Of a stretch of DNA of 33,077 nt, positions 17,389-27,077 are shown piece after piece. Each line of letters begins with the position of its first letter. Within the stretch, counting starts at the first letter, position 1. The position numbers were made by a program, and so were the translations under genes. The notes under the pieces were generated by a model. That model worked only from the letters and a program-made list of their open reading frames with translations. It ran no database searches and had not been told where the DNA came from. Source of the DNA: Campylobacterota bacterium (GTDB lineage Bacteria; Campylobacterota; Campylobacteria; Campylobacterales; Sulfurimonadaceae); contig JAYEMF010000118.1 in the NCBI GenBank assembly GCA_034717975.1, positions 1 through 33,077 on the forward strand, read 5' to 3'.

Positions 17389-18384
17389 ATGGTTAAGATT
17401 GCGATTGACGCAATGGGTGGGGACTTTGGTCCCGAACCAATCGTCAAAGGCGCAATTATGGCGCTTAAAAAGAAGCGTTTTATACCTATACTGGTTGGTA
17501 AAAAAGAGGAAATATTACCTCTGTTACCCAAGGGTTATAGAAATAATATTTCGATTATCGAAGCCAACGATACTATAGATATGAGTGATGCGGCTACCGA
17601 TGCGCTCAAACGTAAAGAGAGTTCGATCTATAAAGCAGTCGACCTTGTCCGTAAGGGTGAAGCTGATGGTGTGGTTTCAGCTGGTCACAGCGGTGCAACG
17701 ATGACGCTGGCAACACTTCGTATGGGACGTCTTAAAGGTGTTTCACGACCTGCACTGGTGACATTGATGCCAACGAAAACAGGCCGTAGAAGTGTGCTTC
17801 TGGATGTTGGTGCAAATGTTGACTGTGATGCACAGCATCTTCGTGAATTCGCCGTTATGGGTCAATACTATGCCAAAGATGTACTGGGTGTTGATACGCC
17901 AAGTATCGGTCTCTTGACCAATGGTGAGGAAGAGACCAAAGGCAATGAAGTGACCAAAGCAGCACACAAAATGCTCAAAGGGCATGAAGGTTTCAAAGGC
18001 AATGTCGAGGGTTCGGATATCTTCAACGGCTCATGTGACGTCATCGTCTGTGACGGTTTTATCGGAAACCTGGTACTGAAATCGTCTGAGGGTGTTGCTT
18101 CGACGATCAGCCACTTTATTAAAGAGTATATCCGAAAATCGCCTGTTGCCATTACCGGCGCACTTTTGATGCGTAAAGTCTTTAAACTTTTGAAAAAAGA
18201 GATTGACTACGCCGAAATTGGCGGTGCACCGCTTATCGGTATCAAAGGGTGCGCTATTGTCAGCCACGGCAAGAGCAATTCCAAAGCCATTAAAAATGCG
18301 ATTTTCCAGGCGATCCGTTATGTCGATACGGGCGTCAATGCCCATATTGAAAGCCATCTTGCACAGATGAACTCCAAGGATTAG
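17389..18384 (+). CDS. plsX: Phosphate acyltransferase PlsX
   Basis: [34 protein letters not shown]; rpmF-plsX-fabH synteny. Confidence 0.97.
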   Translation: MVKIAIDAMGGDFGPEPIVKGAIMALKKKRFIPILVGKKEEILPLLPKGYRNNISIIEANDTIDMSDAATDALKRKESSIYKAVDLVRKGEADGVVSAGHSGATMTLATLRMGRLKGVSRPALVTLMPTKTGRRSVLLDVGANVDCDAQHLREFAVMGQYYAKDVLGVDTPSIGLLTNGEEETKGNEVTKAAHKMLKGHEGFKGNVEGSDIFNGSCDVIVCDGFIGNLVLKSSEGVASTISHFIKEYIRKSPVAITGALLMRKVFKLLKKEIDYAEIGGAPLIGIKGCAIVSHGKSNSKAIKNAIFQAIRYVDTGVNAHIESHLAQMNSKD

Positions 18385-18385
18385 T

Positions 18386-19384
18386 ATGTACGCAGCATTT
18401 CGTTCTATCGGCGCTTATGTCCCGGAAAAAGTCTTGACCAATGATGATCTTGCACAGATGGTCGATACTTCAGATGAGTGGATCACAAAGCGTACGGGTA
18501 TCAAAGAGCGACACATTGCTGCAGAGAACGAGACAACCAGTGACATGGGCGTTAAAGCTTCACTCAAAGCGATTGAGCGGGCCGGTATCGATAAGAGCGA
18601 GATCGATATGGTCGTCTGTGCAACGATCTCTCCTGACTACTTCAATATGCCTTCAACGGCAACCATGATCTCCAAAAAACTTGGTCTTCCTGCCGTGACA
18701 GCATTTGACATCTCTGCTGCTTGTACAGGATTTGTCTATATTCTCAGTATTGCAAAAGCCTTCATCGAATCAGGCATGAAAAAAAACGTTCTGATCGTTG
18801 GTGCAGAAAAACTGAGTGCTATTACCGACTATACGGACCGCGGTACCTGTATCTTGTTCGGCGATGGCGCAGGTGCCGCAGTTATCAGTGCCACGGAGAA
18901 CAGAGATGAAGCGATCATCGACGTTCATACTGCGGCCGATGGTACCTATGCCGACCTTTTGATGACACCAAACGGCGGGACAGGTTCACCGCACGATACC
19001 CTTGACCAAGAAGCTGCCGGCACCTATATGCAGATGAAGGGGAACGAAACATTTAAAGTTGCCGTTCGTACATTGACAAAAGATGTCAAGGATATACTTG
19101 CTGAAAACAACATCGAAGCCGATACCATAGAACACTTTATTCCGCATCAAGCTAACTACCGTATTATCAAAGCAGTTGGCGATGCCCTTAAAATGCGTGA
19201 TGAGCAGGTCGTTATGACAGTAGCAAAGTATGGAAATACATCGGGTGCCTCGATCCCGATGGCTATGAATGATCTCTACGAAGCTGGTGGCCTGAAAAGC
19301 GGTGAGATGATGCTGCTTGATGCTTTTGGCGGCGGACTTACCTGGGGTTCGGCACTTGTGCCTTTCGCAGGAAAGACTTATTAA
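18386..19384 (+). CDS. fabH: Beta-ketoacyl-ACP synthase III, copy 1
   Basis: [18 protein letters not shown] catalytic triad; FGGGLTWG. Confidence 0.97.
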   Translation: MYAAFRSIGAYVPEKVLTNDDLAQMVDTSDEWITKRTGIKERHIAAENETTSDMGVKASLKAIERAGIDKSEIDMVVCATISPDYFNMPSTATMISKKLGLPAVTAFDISAACTGFVYILSIAKAFIESGMKKNVLIVGAEKLSAITDYTDRGTCILFGDGAGAAVISATENRDEAIIDVHTAADGTYADLLMTPNGGTGSPHDTLDQEAAGTYMQMKGNETFKVAVRTLTKDVKDILAENNIEADTIEHFIPHQANYRIIKAVGDALKMRDEQVVMTVAKYGNTSGASIPMAMNDLYEAGGLKSGEMMLLDAFGGGLTWGSALVPFAGKTY

Positions 19385-19606
19385 CCTACGTTACTCCCAA
19401 GAATAACGCTCCCGGCATATCTTCTATTGGGAAATATCCAAACTCATTTTTTCAGCTTCATATATGATACTATGTGAAAATGTGTTTCAATTCAATCAAA
19501 TCATACTCTTCTTCACTATTTTTAGATACTATTTAGAAAGAGCTTATTATAATCTATAAAGTTCTGTTTGATAGATATACAAATTCCACCAACAAAAAGG
19601 ATAAAC

Positions 19607-20200
19607 ATGAAATATTTTACTAAAGGTATGCTTATTTCGCTAAGTACAGCATTGGTTCTTGGATTGACTGGATGTAGCAGCAAAGATACCAAACTGGCAG
19701 AAGAAGAAGCTGATTTTAGATGTCGTATTGATAATGCACTGGCACCCGAGTGGGCTTGTGGGAATGCAATGACAGAGGGTGCTATTACAGCAGTCGGATC
19801 AGCGCCTCTATCTAAAGCCGGTCAAGGTTTCAGCCGTCGTGAAGCTCTTGCAAATGGTCGATCAAACCTGGCCCAGCAGATTGAGACGCTTGTAAAAGAC
19901 AAAGTGGAAACCTTCGCTAGAAGCACAGGCGTCAGTGCAGATGAAGTAGTAGATAAAGTATCTACTCAAGTTTCCAAGCAGGTAGCAAAAGTAACACTGA
20001 AAGGTTCCAAGCAGATCAAGTTCTGGCAACAACCAACAACCAAAGAGCTTTATGTTCTGGTGGGTGTACCTGAAGGTTCTGTAAATGAAGCGGCTAAAGA
20101 GTCGGTTAAGTCAAGTTTCAAAAATGACAATGCCCTTTGGCAGCAGTTCCAATCGAAACAGGCTCTTGAAAGTTTAGAAAAAGAGTTCCCAACTGACTAA
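19607..20200 (+). CDS. LPP20-family lipoprotein
   Basis: AAGGA RBS, lipobox LTGC, APEW, AVGSAP, ALANGRSNLAQQI, ELYVLV. Confidence 0.85.
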   Translation: MKYFTKGMLISLSTALVLGLTGCSSKDTKLAEEEADFRCRIDNALAPEWACGNAMTEGAITAVGSAPLSKAGQGFSRREALANGRSNLAQQIETLVKDKVETFARSTGVSADEVVDKVSTQVSKQVAKVTLKGSKQIKFWQQPTTKELYVLVGVPEGSVNEAAKESVKSSFKNDNALWQQFQSKQALESLEKEFPTD

Positions 20201-20606
20201 GACGATTAAGCACTTTTTTCTACTTCTTGTATCGCTGACATTCTTAGCGTGTTCTGGTAAAACGCCAGCGGTCAATGCTGAGTATCAGCAGCCTGCCTGG
20301 ATCTTGGATCCGGGGCAGAGAGGCGGTATAGGTGCCGTGGGTCAATGTGCTCCGCATATTAAAGGCAAAGCCGAACAGCGAAAAGTAGCTATTCTTAGAG
20401 CCATCAATGAACTTGCGCTGCAGCAGAGTGTTTCTGTAGACTCCAGCATGGTGATGGAGATTGAAAGATCGGGCATGATGGCTAAGTCTAAAAGTAAGAG
20501 TGAAGCTTTTTTAAGTGCGGATGGGGTGGTAGTCCATGCCCATATAGAGGAAGTCTGGATCGATCCCAAAGATGAAACACTTTATGTATGGATGATTAAA
20601 GATTAG
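20193..20606 (+). CDS. LPP20-like lipoprotein; start uncertain (CTG 20193 or ATT 20205)
   Basis: The frame upstream of the tracked TTG (20304) is open and encodes TKTIKHFFLLLVSLTFLA-C followed by QPAWI; C-terminal ETLYVWM. Confidence 0.7.
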   Translation: MTKTIKHFFLLLVSLTFLACSGKTPAVNAEYQQPAWILDPGQRGGIGAVGQCAPHIKGKAEQRKVAILRAINELALQQSVSVDSSMVMEIERSGMMAKSKSKSEAFLSADGVVVHAHIEEVWIDPKDETLYVWMIKD

Positions 20607-20650
20607 TCATCCATCTTATTCTCTCATACTAAAATATTTATAGACTTTTC

Positions 20651-20678
20651 TGCAATAGTAAAACGGATTGTTATTGCA
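20651..20678. terminator. Stem-loop after the lipoprotein pair
   Basis: TGCAATAGTAA-aacgga-TTGTTATTGCA. Confidence 0.5.
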
Positions 20679-20749
20679 AAACAGTTTAAGGGCACCTCTA
20701 AAAACCCTGGATATCATCAGCGTTACATACATTTTCGTGATCAAGGCAG

Positions 20750-21340
20750 GTTCTTCTCGATGTTGGCGCTAATGTAGACTGTGATGCACAACACCTTTGC
20801 GAGTTCGCCGTTATGGGAGAATACTACGCCAAAGACGTTTTAAATATTGATACGCCAAGTATCGGTCTGTTGACAAATGGTGAAGAAGAGAGCAAAGGGA
20901 ATGAAGTAACCAAAGCGGCACATAAGATGCTCAAAGGTTATGAAGGTTTCAAAGGCAATGTCGAAGGTTCTGATATCTTTAACGGTTCATGCGATGTTAT
21001 CGTTTGTGACGGTTTTATCGGAAACCTGGTGCTCAAGTCTGCTGAAGGCGTCGCTTCAACGATCAGCCATTTTATTAAAGAGTATATCCGTAAATCCCCG
21101 GTTGCTATTACCGGTGCGCTTTTGATGCGTAAAGTGTTCAAATTGCTGAAAAAAGAGATTGATTACGCTGAGATCGGCGGCGCACCGCTTATCGGTATCA
21201 AAGGGTGTGCGATCGTAAGCCACGGCAAGAGTAACCATGTAGCGATCAAAAATGCGATCTTTCAGGCGATCCGTTATGTCGATACGGGTGTTAATGAGCA
21301 TATTGAAAACCGTTTTGCCCAGATAAATACCAAGGAGTAG
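20750..21340 (+). pseudogene. plsX: 5'-truncated plsX duplicate (C-terminal about 60%)
   Basis: Homology starts abruptly at [10 protein letters not shown] (equivalent to 17794). There is an in-frame TGA at 20738 and no N-terminal half. Confidence 0.88.
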
Positions 21341-21341
21341 T

Positions 21342-22334
21342 ATGTACGCAGCATTTCGTTCTATAGGCGCTTATGTCCCGGAAAAAATATTGACCAATGA
21401 TGATCTTGCAAAGATGGTCGATACTTCCGATGAATGGATCACAAAGCGTACAGGTATCAAAGAACGACATATCGCTGCAGAGAACGAGACTACCAGCGAT
21501 ATGGGTGTCAAAGCTTCGCTTCAGGCGATTGAACGGGCCGGTATAGATAAAAGCGAGATCGATATGGTCGTCTGTGCAACAATCTCGCCTGATTACTTCA
21601 ACATGCCTTCAACGGCAACCATGATCTCCACAAAACTTGGACTCCCTGCAGTGACTGCTTTCGATATTTCTGCTGCCTGTACAGGTTTTGTCTACATTCT
21701 CAGTATTGCAAAAGCATTCATCGAATCAGGGATGAAAAAGAATGTCCTGATCGTTGGCACAGAGAAACTGAGTGCTATTACCGACTATACGGACCGCGGT
21801 ACCTGTATCTTGTTCGGCGATGGCGCAGGTGCCGCAGTTATCAGTGCTACACAGAACAAAGATGAAGCGATCGTCGATGTCCATACTGCTGCCGATGGTA
21901 CCTATGCCGACCTTTTGATGACGCCAAACGGCGGTACCGGTTCAATACATGACTCACTTGAAAGCGAAGGCGTCTATATGCAGATGAAGGGTAATGAGAC
22001 CTTTAAAGTCGCTGTCCGTACATTGACAAATGGTGTTAAAGAGATCCTTGCCGAGAACAATATTGAAGCTGACACCATCGAACACTTTATCCCTCACCAG
22101 GCAAACTACCGCATTATCAAAGCGGTTGGCGATGCACTTAAAATGCGTGATGAACAGGTCGTTATGACCGTTGCCAAATATGGTAACACCTCCGGTGCGT
22201 CCATCCCTATGGCTATGAATGACCTCTACGAAGAAGGTGGTTTGAAGACCGGTGAGATGATGCTGCTTGACGCGTTTGGCGGCGGACTCACCTGGGGTTC
22301 GGCACTTGTGCCTTTTGCAGGAAAGGTCTATTAA
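21342..22334 (+). CDS. fabH: Beta-ketoacyl-ACP synthase III, copy 2
   Basis: Full length, triad intact, highly similar to copy 1 with a 2-aa indel. Confidence 0.95.
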   Translation: MYAAFRSIGAYVPEKILTNDDLAKMVDTSDEWITKRTGIKERHIAAENETTSDMGVKASLQAIERAGIDKSEIDMVVCATISPDYFNMPSTATMISTKLGLPAVTAFDISAACTGFVYILSIAKAFIESGMKKNVLIVGTEKLSAITDYTDRGTCILFGDGAGAAVISATQNKDEAIVDVHTAADGTYADLLMTPNGGTGSIHDSLESEGVYMQMKGNETFKVAVRTLTNGVKEILAENNIEADTIEHFIPHQANYRIIKAVGDALKMRDEQVVMTVAKYGNTSGASIPMAMNDLYEEGGLKTGEMMLLDAFGGGLTWGSALVPFAGKVY

Positions 22335-22350
22335 TCTATTTTACTCCCTA

Positions 22351-22509
22351 TCTCGTTCCATCTCTTTAGAGATGGAATACATACTGCAACCTAACCCCAT
22401 CTAGAACTTTCGAATCTCGACAAACTATGATCTCTGTTTCCGGTCATTTAAATATCATAGCTTGACTTATTGCGTGTATCCATTCCATCTCTGGAGAGAT
22501 GGAACGAAA
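22351..22509. repeat. REP doublet (REPIN-like non-autonomous element)
   Basis: Two 34-bp units in inverted orientation (22351-22384 and 22476-22509; 29/34 identical), each containing the palindrome TTCCATCTCT-nn-AGAGATGGAA. Confidence 0.8.
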
Positions 22510-22583
22510 TAACGCTACTTTAGCACTTTTTATTAAGCAAGGTAGTAGTATTGAAATAAAGCTTTTCTATCTAAAGGGTTGAT

Positions 22584-23732
22584 ATGCGTTTTTTTATGCT
22601 ATTATGGCTCTTCTTAATACCGGGTCTGTATGCAGAAGAAGATACTTTTCTTGACCAGTTTTTTGATGATGAAGATGGTCAGCTTGATGTCAGTGAATGG
22701 CTGGGAAATGTCTATGGCTTTTTACCGACTCCGATCATTATCACCGGACCGACATTCGGATTTGGCGCCGGTGTAAATGTCCTGTTTTTACATGATAAAT
22801 TCATGAATGAAAGCTCCGAGTCAGGACGATACATTCCTCCAAGCCTCACCGGTATCGTATATGCCGGTACAGAAAACGGGACGCAAATAGGTGCGGCCTA
22901 TCATATAGGGTTTTGGATGCAGGACACGCTCCGTACTTCTACGTTTGTCGGCTACCCCTCTGTCAATCTCGACTTCTATCCTGATATTCCAATTGTAGGT
23001 GAGAGAGAGATTACGATGAACCTGGAAGGCTGGGCCGCCTACCAGGAAGTAAAATACCGTATGGGGGATAGCAACATCTTTCTCGGGGGTAACTACCTCT
23101 ATTATGGGATTACCTCTACGCCCAAAGAGGACCCGATTTATATTCCCACGGAGTGGCTGATCAAGAAGTTCTCCACAGCAGCACTTGCCGCCGTTGCAGA
23201 ATATGACAGCCGTGACAGTATCTTCACGCCCGACCGAGGTCTTTATGCCAAACTTGTCGCTGCACGCTATGATGAAGTGGTTGGTTCTGACTATGAGTTC
23301 TGGAATTATCGCGGAAAACTTTTCTACTTTCATTCTCTGTCTGACTCCCTAACTCTCGGTCTGCGCTCAGAAGCCCAGAGTGTTGATGGATCGGCTCCCT
23401 ATTTTATGTACCCGTCTGTCGATATACGCGGTATCGCCCATGCCCGCTATCAGGGGCAACACACTTTTCTTGGCGAGACTGAGCTCAGATGGGATGTTAC
23501 AAACCGATGGAGCCTTATCGGTTTCATCGGTTCTGGAAAAGCATTTGGAGAAGATATTTTGCGTCGTGAACTAAGTTTCTCCGATGCCTCCTGGCGTACC
23601 TCCGGCGGAGCCGGTTTTCGTTACAACATCGCAAAAAAATTCAAACTCCGGATGGGGCTCGATGTCGCATTCGGACCGGAAGAAAACAGTGTCTATATTA
23701 CGGCCGGTCATGCGTGGGATGCATTTTATTAA
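22584..23732 (+). CDS. Omp85/BamA-TamA-like outer-membrane beta-barrel without POTRA domains
   Basis: Signal peptide; YDSRDSIFTPDRG, IRG...RYQG, GAGFRY, MGLDVAFG; C-terminal aromatic strand. Confidence 0.8.
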   Translation: MRFFMLLWLFLIPGLYAEEDTFLDQFFDDEDGQLDVSEWLGNVYGFLPTPIIITGPTFGFGAGVNVLFLHDKFMNESSESGRYIPPSLTGIVYAGTENGTQIGAAYHIGFWMQDTLRTSTFVGYPSVNLDFYPDIPIVGEREITMNLEGWAAYQEVKYRMGDSNIFLGGNYLYYGITSTPKEDPIYIPTEWLIKKFSTAALAAVAEYDSRDSIFTPDRGLYAKLVAARYDEVVGSDYEFWNYRGKLFYFHSLSDSLTLGLRSEAQSVDGSAPYFMYPSVDIRGIAHARYQGQHTFLGETELRWDVTNRWSLIGFIGSGKAFGEDILRRELSFSDASWRTSGGAGFRYNIAKKFKLRMGLDVAFGPEENSVYITAGHAWDAFY

Positions 23733-23752
23733 CTTGTTTTTGTCTTAATTTT

Positions 23753-25216
23753 TCAGGGCATTATACGCTCAATAACTGGAGGAATCCAAGTACCATCTAA
23801 GATAGCCTTTTTACCCCAATAAGCACGAATATATAATGAGAATATCCCCTCTGGTGCCGGAAGCCAGTTTGAATCCATTTCATTACCCGGAGGGTTTGCT
23901 CCTGCATAAAGAGTCAGTGAACCATCTTTGTTGTATTTCAAGGTCTTGTTTTTTGTGCCTAGAGAGTAACGATTCAGTTTATTTGGTGTGAAAATATGGT
24001 GCTCATTGTACAAAGTTAAAGACCAGAACCCATTGACCGGAGGCAGCTCTCCTTTAGCAAAGGTAACTGCATACAGGTACTTGCTTTTTAGTTGTTCATC
24101 TTTCGAGTCATTGTCAGTATAAAAGTATTGTGTTTCAGAGGGTCTGTTTTCAAACATATTAGATCGGGCCGTAGCCGTTCTCATAAGATAATCATATCCC
24201 CACTCAGCATTATTGGCTGAACGGTTCCAGCCATTACCCGCAGGGACTCCATTATGCTTCCACAGAAAAAGAGGTCCAATGACATCTTTCTCAGTTTCCA
24301 CTGCGACTTCGATGAGCGCCTTCTTGACCTCAGGATCACTCTTGGCCGCATCAAGGACCTGACGGATCGAGGCGTATAGTGCCTCTTCACCTGGCAGTGG
24401 GTCAACAGCAGCCATTACACCAGGAAGCTGATCAAAGAACTTCTCAGGAACGACCCACTTGTTTTCGCCTTCTACTTTAGGAGTAGGAAAAGAGGGGGTT
24501 TTGCTCCAATCTTTGATCTTTATCTTCCCATCGAACTCTGCCAGTGGGTAGGCATTGATCTTGTTAACCAATGGCTGCATGGCTAATCTGTCTTCTTCCG
24601 TATCATTTAAAAAAATACGGGGACCGACAAAGCAGTATTCTGTAGATGACTGAAGAACAGCCGTAATACCTGCAGGAACCTTGCCCTTCCAGTTCGGTCC
24701 GACTAGCAGGTAGAAGCCCGGCTTGGTGCCATAAGCTTTACCCATCTCTCCGAACTGATCAGTGCGACCGTCATAGAGCGCATATATCCAGAAACGCTCA
24801 CCAAAATCAGGTACCTGAATGACAACAGGCTCCTCGTCAAGCGAGCAAAACACAGTCCCATAGACCACATCCTGGTTTGGACATGCAACAAACCCCTGGT
24901 CTGGATTTACGTAATCATTTAACATTGAAAGACGACCTCGAGGGGCCACAGGAACAACTCCACCGAGTTTACCAGGCTTAGGGGCTTGTGTGATTGCCGT
25001 CCGACGATTAAATGTATTGACTATCGGCCAACCCCAGACATAAGCCATACGACCAATGGTCTTGACATATTCTTGGTTCATAATAGCACCGGAAACTGGC
25101 ATTGTAAGTTTTGGTGACGCTTCTGTGAAAGGTACATTTAAATTCGCCTGGATCGACGTGGATGCCAAAGTAGTTATGACTAGACTAAGCGCAAACGTTT
25201 TGATGGAGTACTTCAT
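23753..25216 (-). CDS. DUF1254/DUF1214 domain exported protein
   Basis: AYVWGWP, PNQDVVY, EPVVIQVPD, PPVNGFWSLTLY, NWLPAP, LYIRAYW. Confidence 0.88.
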   Translation of the reverse strand: MKYSIKTFALSLVITTLASTSIQANLNVPFTEASPKLTMPVSGAIMNQEYVKTIGRMAYVWGWPIVNTFNRRTAITQAPKPGKLGGVVPVAPRGRLSMLNDYVNPDQGFVACPNQDVVYGTVFCSLDEEPVVIQVPDFGERFWIYALYDGRTDQFGEMGKAYGTKPGFYLLVGPNWKGKVPAGITAVLQSSTEYCFVGPRIFLNDTEEDRLAMQPLVNKINAYPLAEFDGKIKIKDWSKTPSFPTPKVEGENKWVVPEKFFDQLPGVMAAVDPLPGEEALYASIRQVLDAAKSDPEVKKALIEVAVETEKDVIGPLFLWKHNGVPAGNGWNRSANNAEWGYDYLMRTATARSNMFENRPSETQYFYTDNDSKDEQLKSKYLYAVTFAKGELPPVNGFWSLTLYNEHHIFTPNKLNRYSLGTKNKTLKYNKDGSLTLYAGANPPGNEMDSNWLPAPEGIFSLYIRAYWGKKAILDGTWIPPVIERIMP

Positions 25217-25235
25217 CTTAGTTCCTTCTTTATTT

Positions 25236-26384
25236 CTATTTACAAGGTTTAGGTGGCAGCTTAGCTACATCAGGTTTATAGTATCGGACCACAAAGTAGT
25301 ACGGTTCACCTTTATTGACCGGCATCCAGTAGGTACCTTCTTTAGGATCCTCAACACTGAAGGTAACAGTGATGTTTCCATTTGCATCCGGTTTGCTGTT
25401 GTAGGCATTAAACAGGTCATTTTTACCGGGAATAGTATTTCGTGTCAGAGCACTGTAGCGGGTGACTGACCAGAATAGCTCTACTCCTTGAGGTTTATAA
25501 GGGAAGACAAATACTTCAGGCTTGTCACCGTTTAAAACTTCATCATTGCAGTTTGTGAAGTACGGTGAATAATAGGCGTGATGAATAGGAAAACCAAGGT
25601 GGCCGACCATAGCGGCTGCGCGATACTCAGGGTCATTGCTGTGCGGTTCATCGCTGTCGATCGGACCGAACATACCGGTATTGCCGGTTACACTGAACTT
25701 GGGAGCCACTGCACCAATGTACTGGCTTACCCTTATGTAATCCTCTTTAGTAAAGTTTACTGCAGATTCAAGGATCTTCTTATTCTGTGGATAGACGTCT
25801 TGTGTTTGAAGCGTGAATTTAACCGGATTCTCAATAGTCAGTTTTTTACTACTTGCAGCAGTCAGTTTGATCTTCTGCTGAATCGGAATTACATTGGCAA
25901 TATCTTCAGGGTTTTTAACCTGTGCACGAATAAATAGATGAGGATAGTCACCAGGACTTACAATAACTTTTTCGCTTTCAGACACTGCCACCTTTGTGCC
26001 TTTTCGGACAATAATATATTTACCATCAGGCTGAATCTCATCGTAAATAGTGTAGTGTTCCTGATCTGTGATCTGTATGGAGAAGTAACGGTCTTTTTTA
26101 ACCTCTGGAAGTTCTACCACTACAGGACCATTTGTCAGGTCAAGAACTGCTTTTGTGTAAATATGATCCAGTGCCGGTGTTACAACCGGGTCTGTTCCTT
26201 CGGTTGGTAATTTTGTGGTGTGTAAGAGCTTGTTTGTGCCTCTTGCCTCTTTTACAGTTGTTTCCATATAGACTGCATGATGATAGACTTTGAAGGCCAT
26301 TAACTCTGCGTCTGTAGGACGTTCAGCTGCAATAACAGCACATAAAAGAGATGTAAGTATGAGTGCTATAATCGATGTTTTCAT
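25236..26384 (-). CDS. DUF1254/DUF1214 domain exported protein (shorter type)
   Basis: Signal peptide from ATG 26384; VVTPALDHIY, LDLTNGPVVVELP, FWSVTRY, YFVVRYYKP. Confidence 0.82.
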   Translation of the reverse strand: MKTSIIALILTSLLCAVIAAERPTDAELMAFKVYHHAVYMETTVKEARGTNKLLHTTKLPTEGTDPVVTPALDHIYTKAVLDLTNGPVVVELPEVKKDRYFSIQITDQEHYTIYDEIQPDGKYIIVRKGTKVAVSESEKVIVSPGDYPHLFIRAQVKNPEDIANVIPIQQKIKLTAASSKKLTIENPVKFTLQTQDVYPQNKKILESAVNFTKEDYIRVSQYIGAVAPKFSVTGNTGMFGPIDSDEPHSNDPEYRAAAMVGHLGFPIHHAYYSPYFTNCNDEVLNGDKPEVFVFPYKPQGVELFWSVTRYSALTRNTIPGKNDLFNAYNSKPDANGNITVTFSVEDPKEGTYWMPVNKGEPYYFVVRYYKPDVAKLPPKPCK

Positions 26385-26544
26385 ATTCAAGACCCTTTCC
26401 ACTTTTACTACTATTATATACATAAAAATATTTATTTATTATTGTGAGGTGATGTTGGAATACATAGCCACTGTTTATATACGATATCTTTTAATTCAAC
26501 CCTCGCTATAATCTTTCAAAAATCCCCTTTGAAAGTTCTCTTAC

Positions 26545-26910
26545 ATGACTCCTATTTTTGAAAACAAGTATATTTTTATTGAACAGCATGAGAGTGAAGT
26601 TCCCTGGCTTAAGATCTTTACCAAAGTAAAGCGTAAAGAGTTTAGTGAATGTACTCCCGAGGAGAAGGCGGAGATCTGGCGACTGCTGGATATTGTTGAG
26701 AAGCGTATGTTGGAGTATTACCAACCCGAGAAGATCAATATCGCTTCATTTGGAAATATGCTGCCTTATGTTCATTGGCATGTGATGGCGCGTTTTAAAG
26801 AAGACAGTTATTTTCCGGAACCTATGTGGGGCCCGAAGCAGAGAAATGGCAGTTTGGACCTTCCCTCATTTGAAGGTTTTGTTACGCTTTTATTGAAGTG
26901 TTTGAAATGA
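26545..26910 (+). CDS. HIT family protein
   Basis: KINIASFGNMLPYVHWHVMARF (first His of the triad is Tyr), DSYFPEPMWG. Confidence 0.88.
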   Translation: MTPIFENKYIFIEQHESEVPWLKIFTKVKRKEFSECTPEEKAEIWRLLDIVEKRMLEYYQPEKINIASFGNMLPYVHWHVMARFKEDSYFPEPMWGPKQRNGSLDLPSFEGFVTLLLKCLK

Positions 26911-27077
26911 TAGAGAAAAAAAGTTCTGACAAAAAGTGGCGTATGACCTATAATCGAAAAGGTATTACCGGTTGTTCAGCCAGAGGGGTCGCTATCAGAG
27001 ATACGAAAGTGGAGTTGGAGTCACTTGCAGAAACGCTGAAAGCGCGTATCTGCAATGTAGAAATCAAAGAGGTTTAG
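26907..27077 (+). CDS. 56-aa hypothetical protein, translationally coupled to HIT
   Basis: ATGA overlap with the HIT stop; MIEKKSSDKKWRMTYNRKGITGCSARGVAIRDTKVELESLAETLKARICNVEIKEV* fills the gap to the helicase stop. Confidence 0.55.
   Translation: MIEKKSSDKKWRMTYNRKGITGCSARGVAIRDTKVELESLAETLKARICNVEIKEV

Noticed and set aside
20813..21340. 175-aa ORF as a functional stand-alone PlsX
   Set aside because: It lacks the N-terminal half, starts at an internal Met without a clear RBS, and homology extends upstream of that Met, so I call it a pseudogene.
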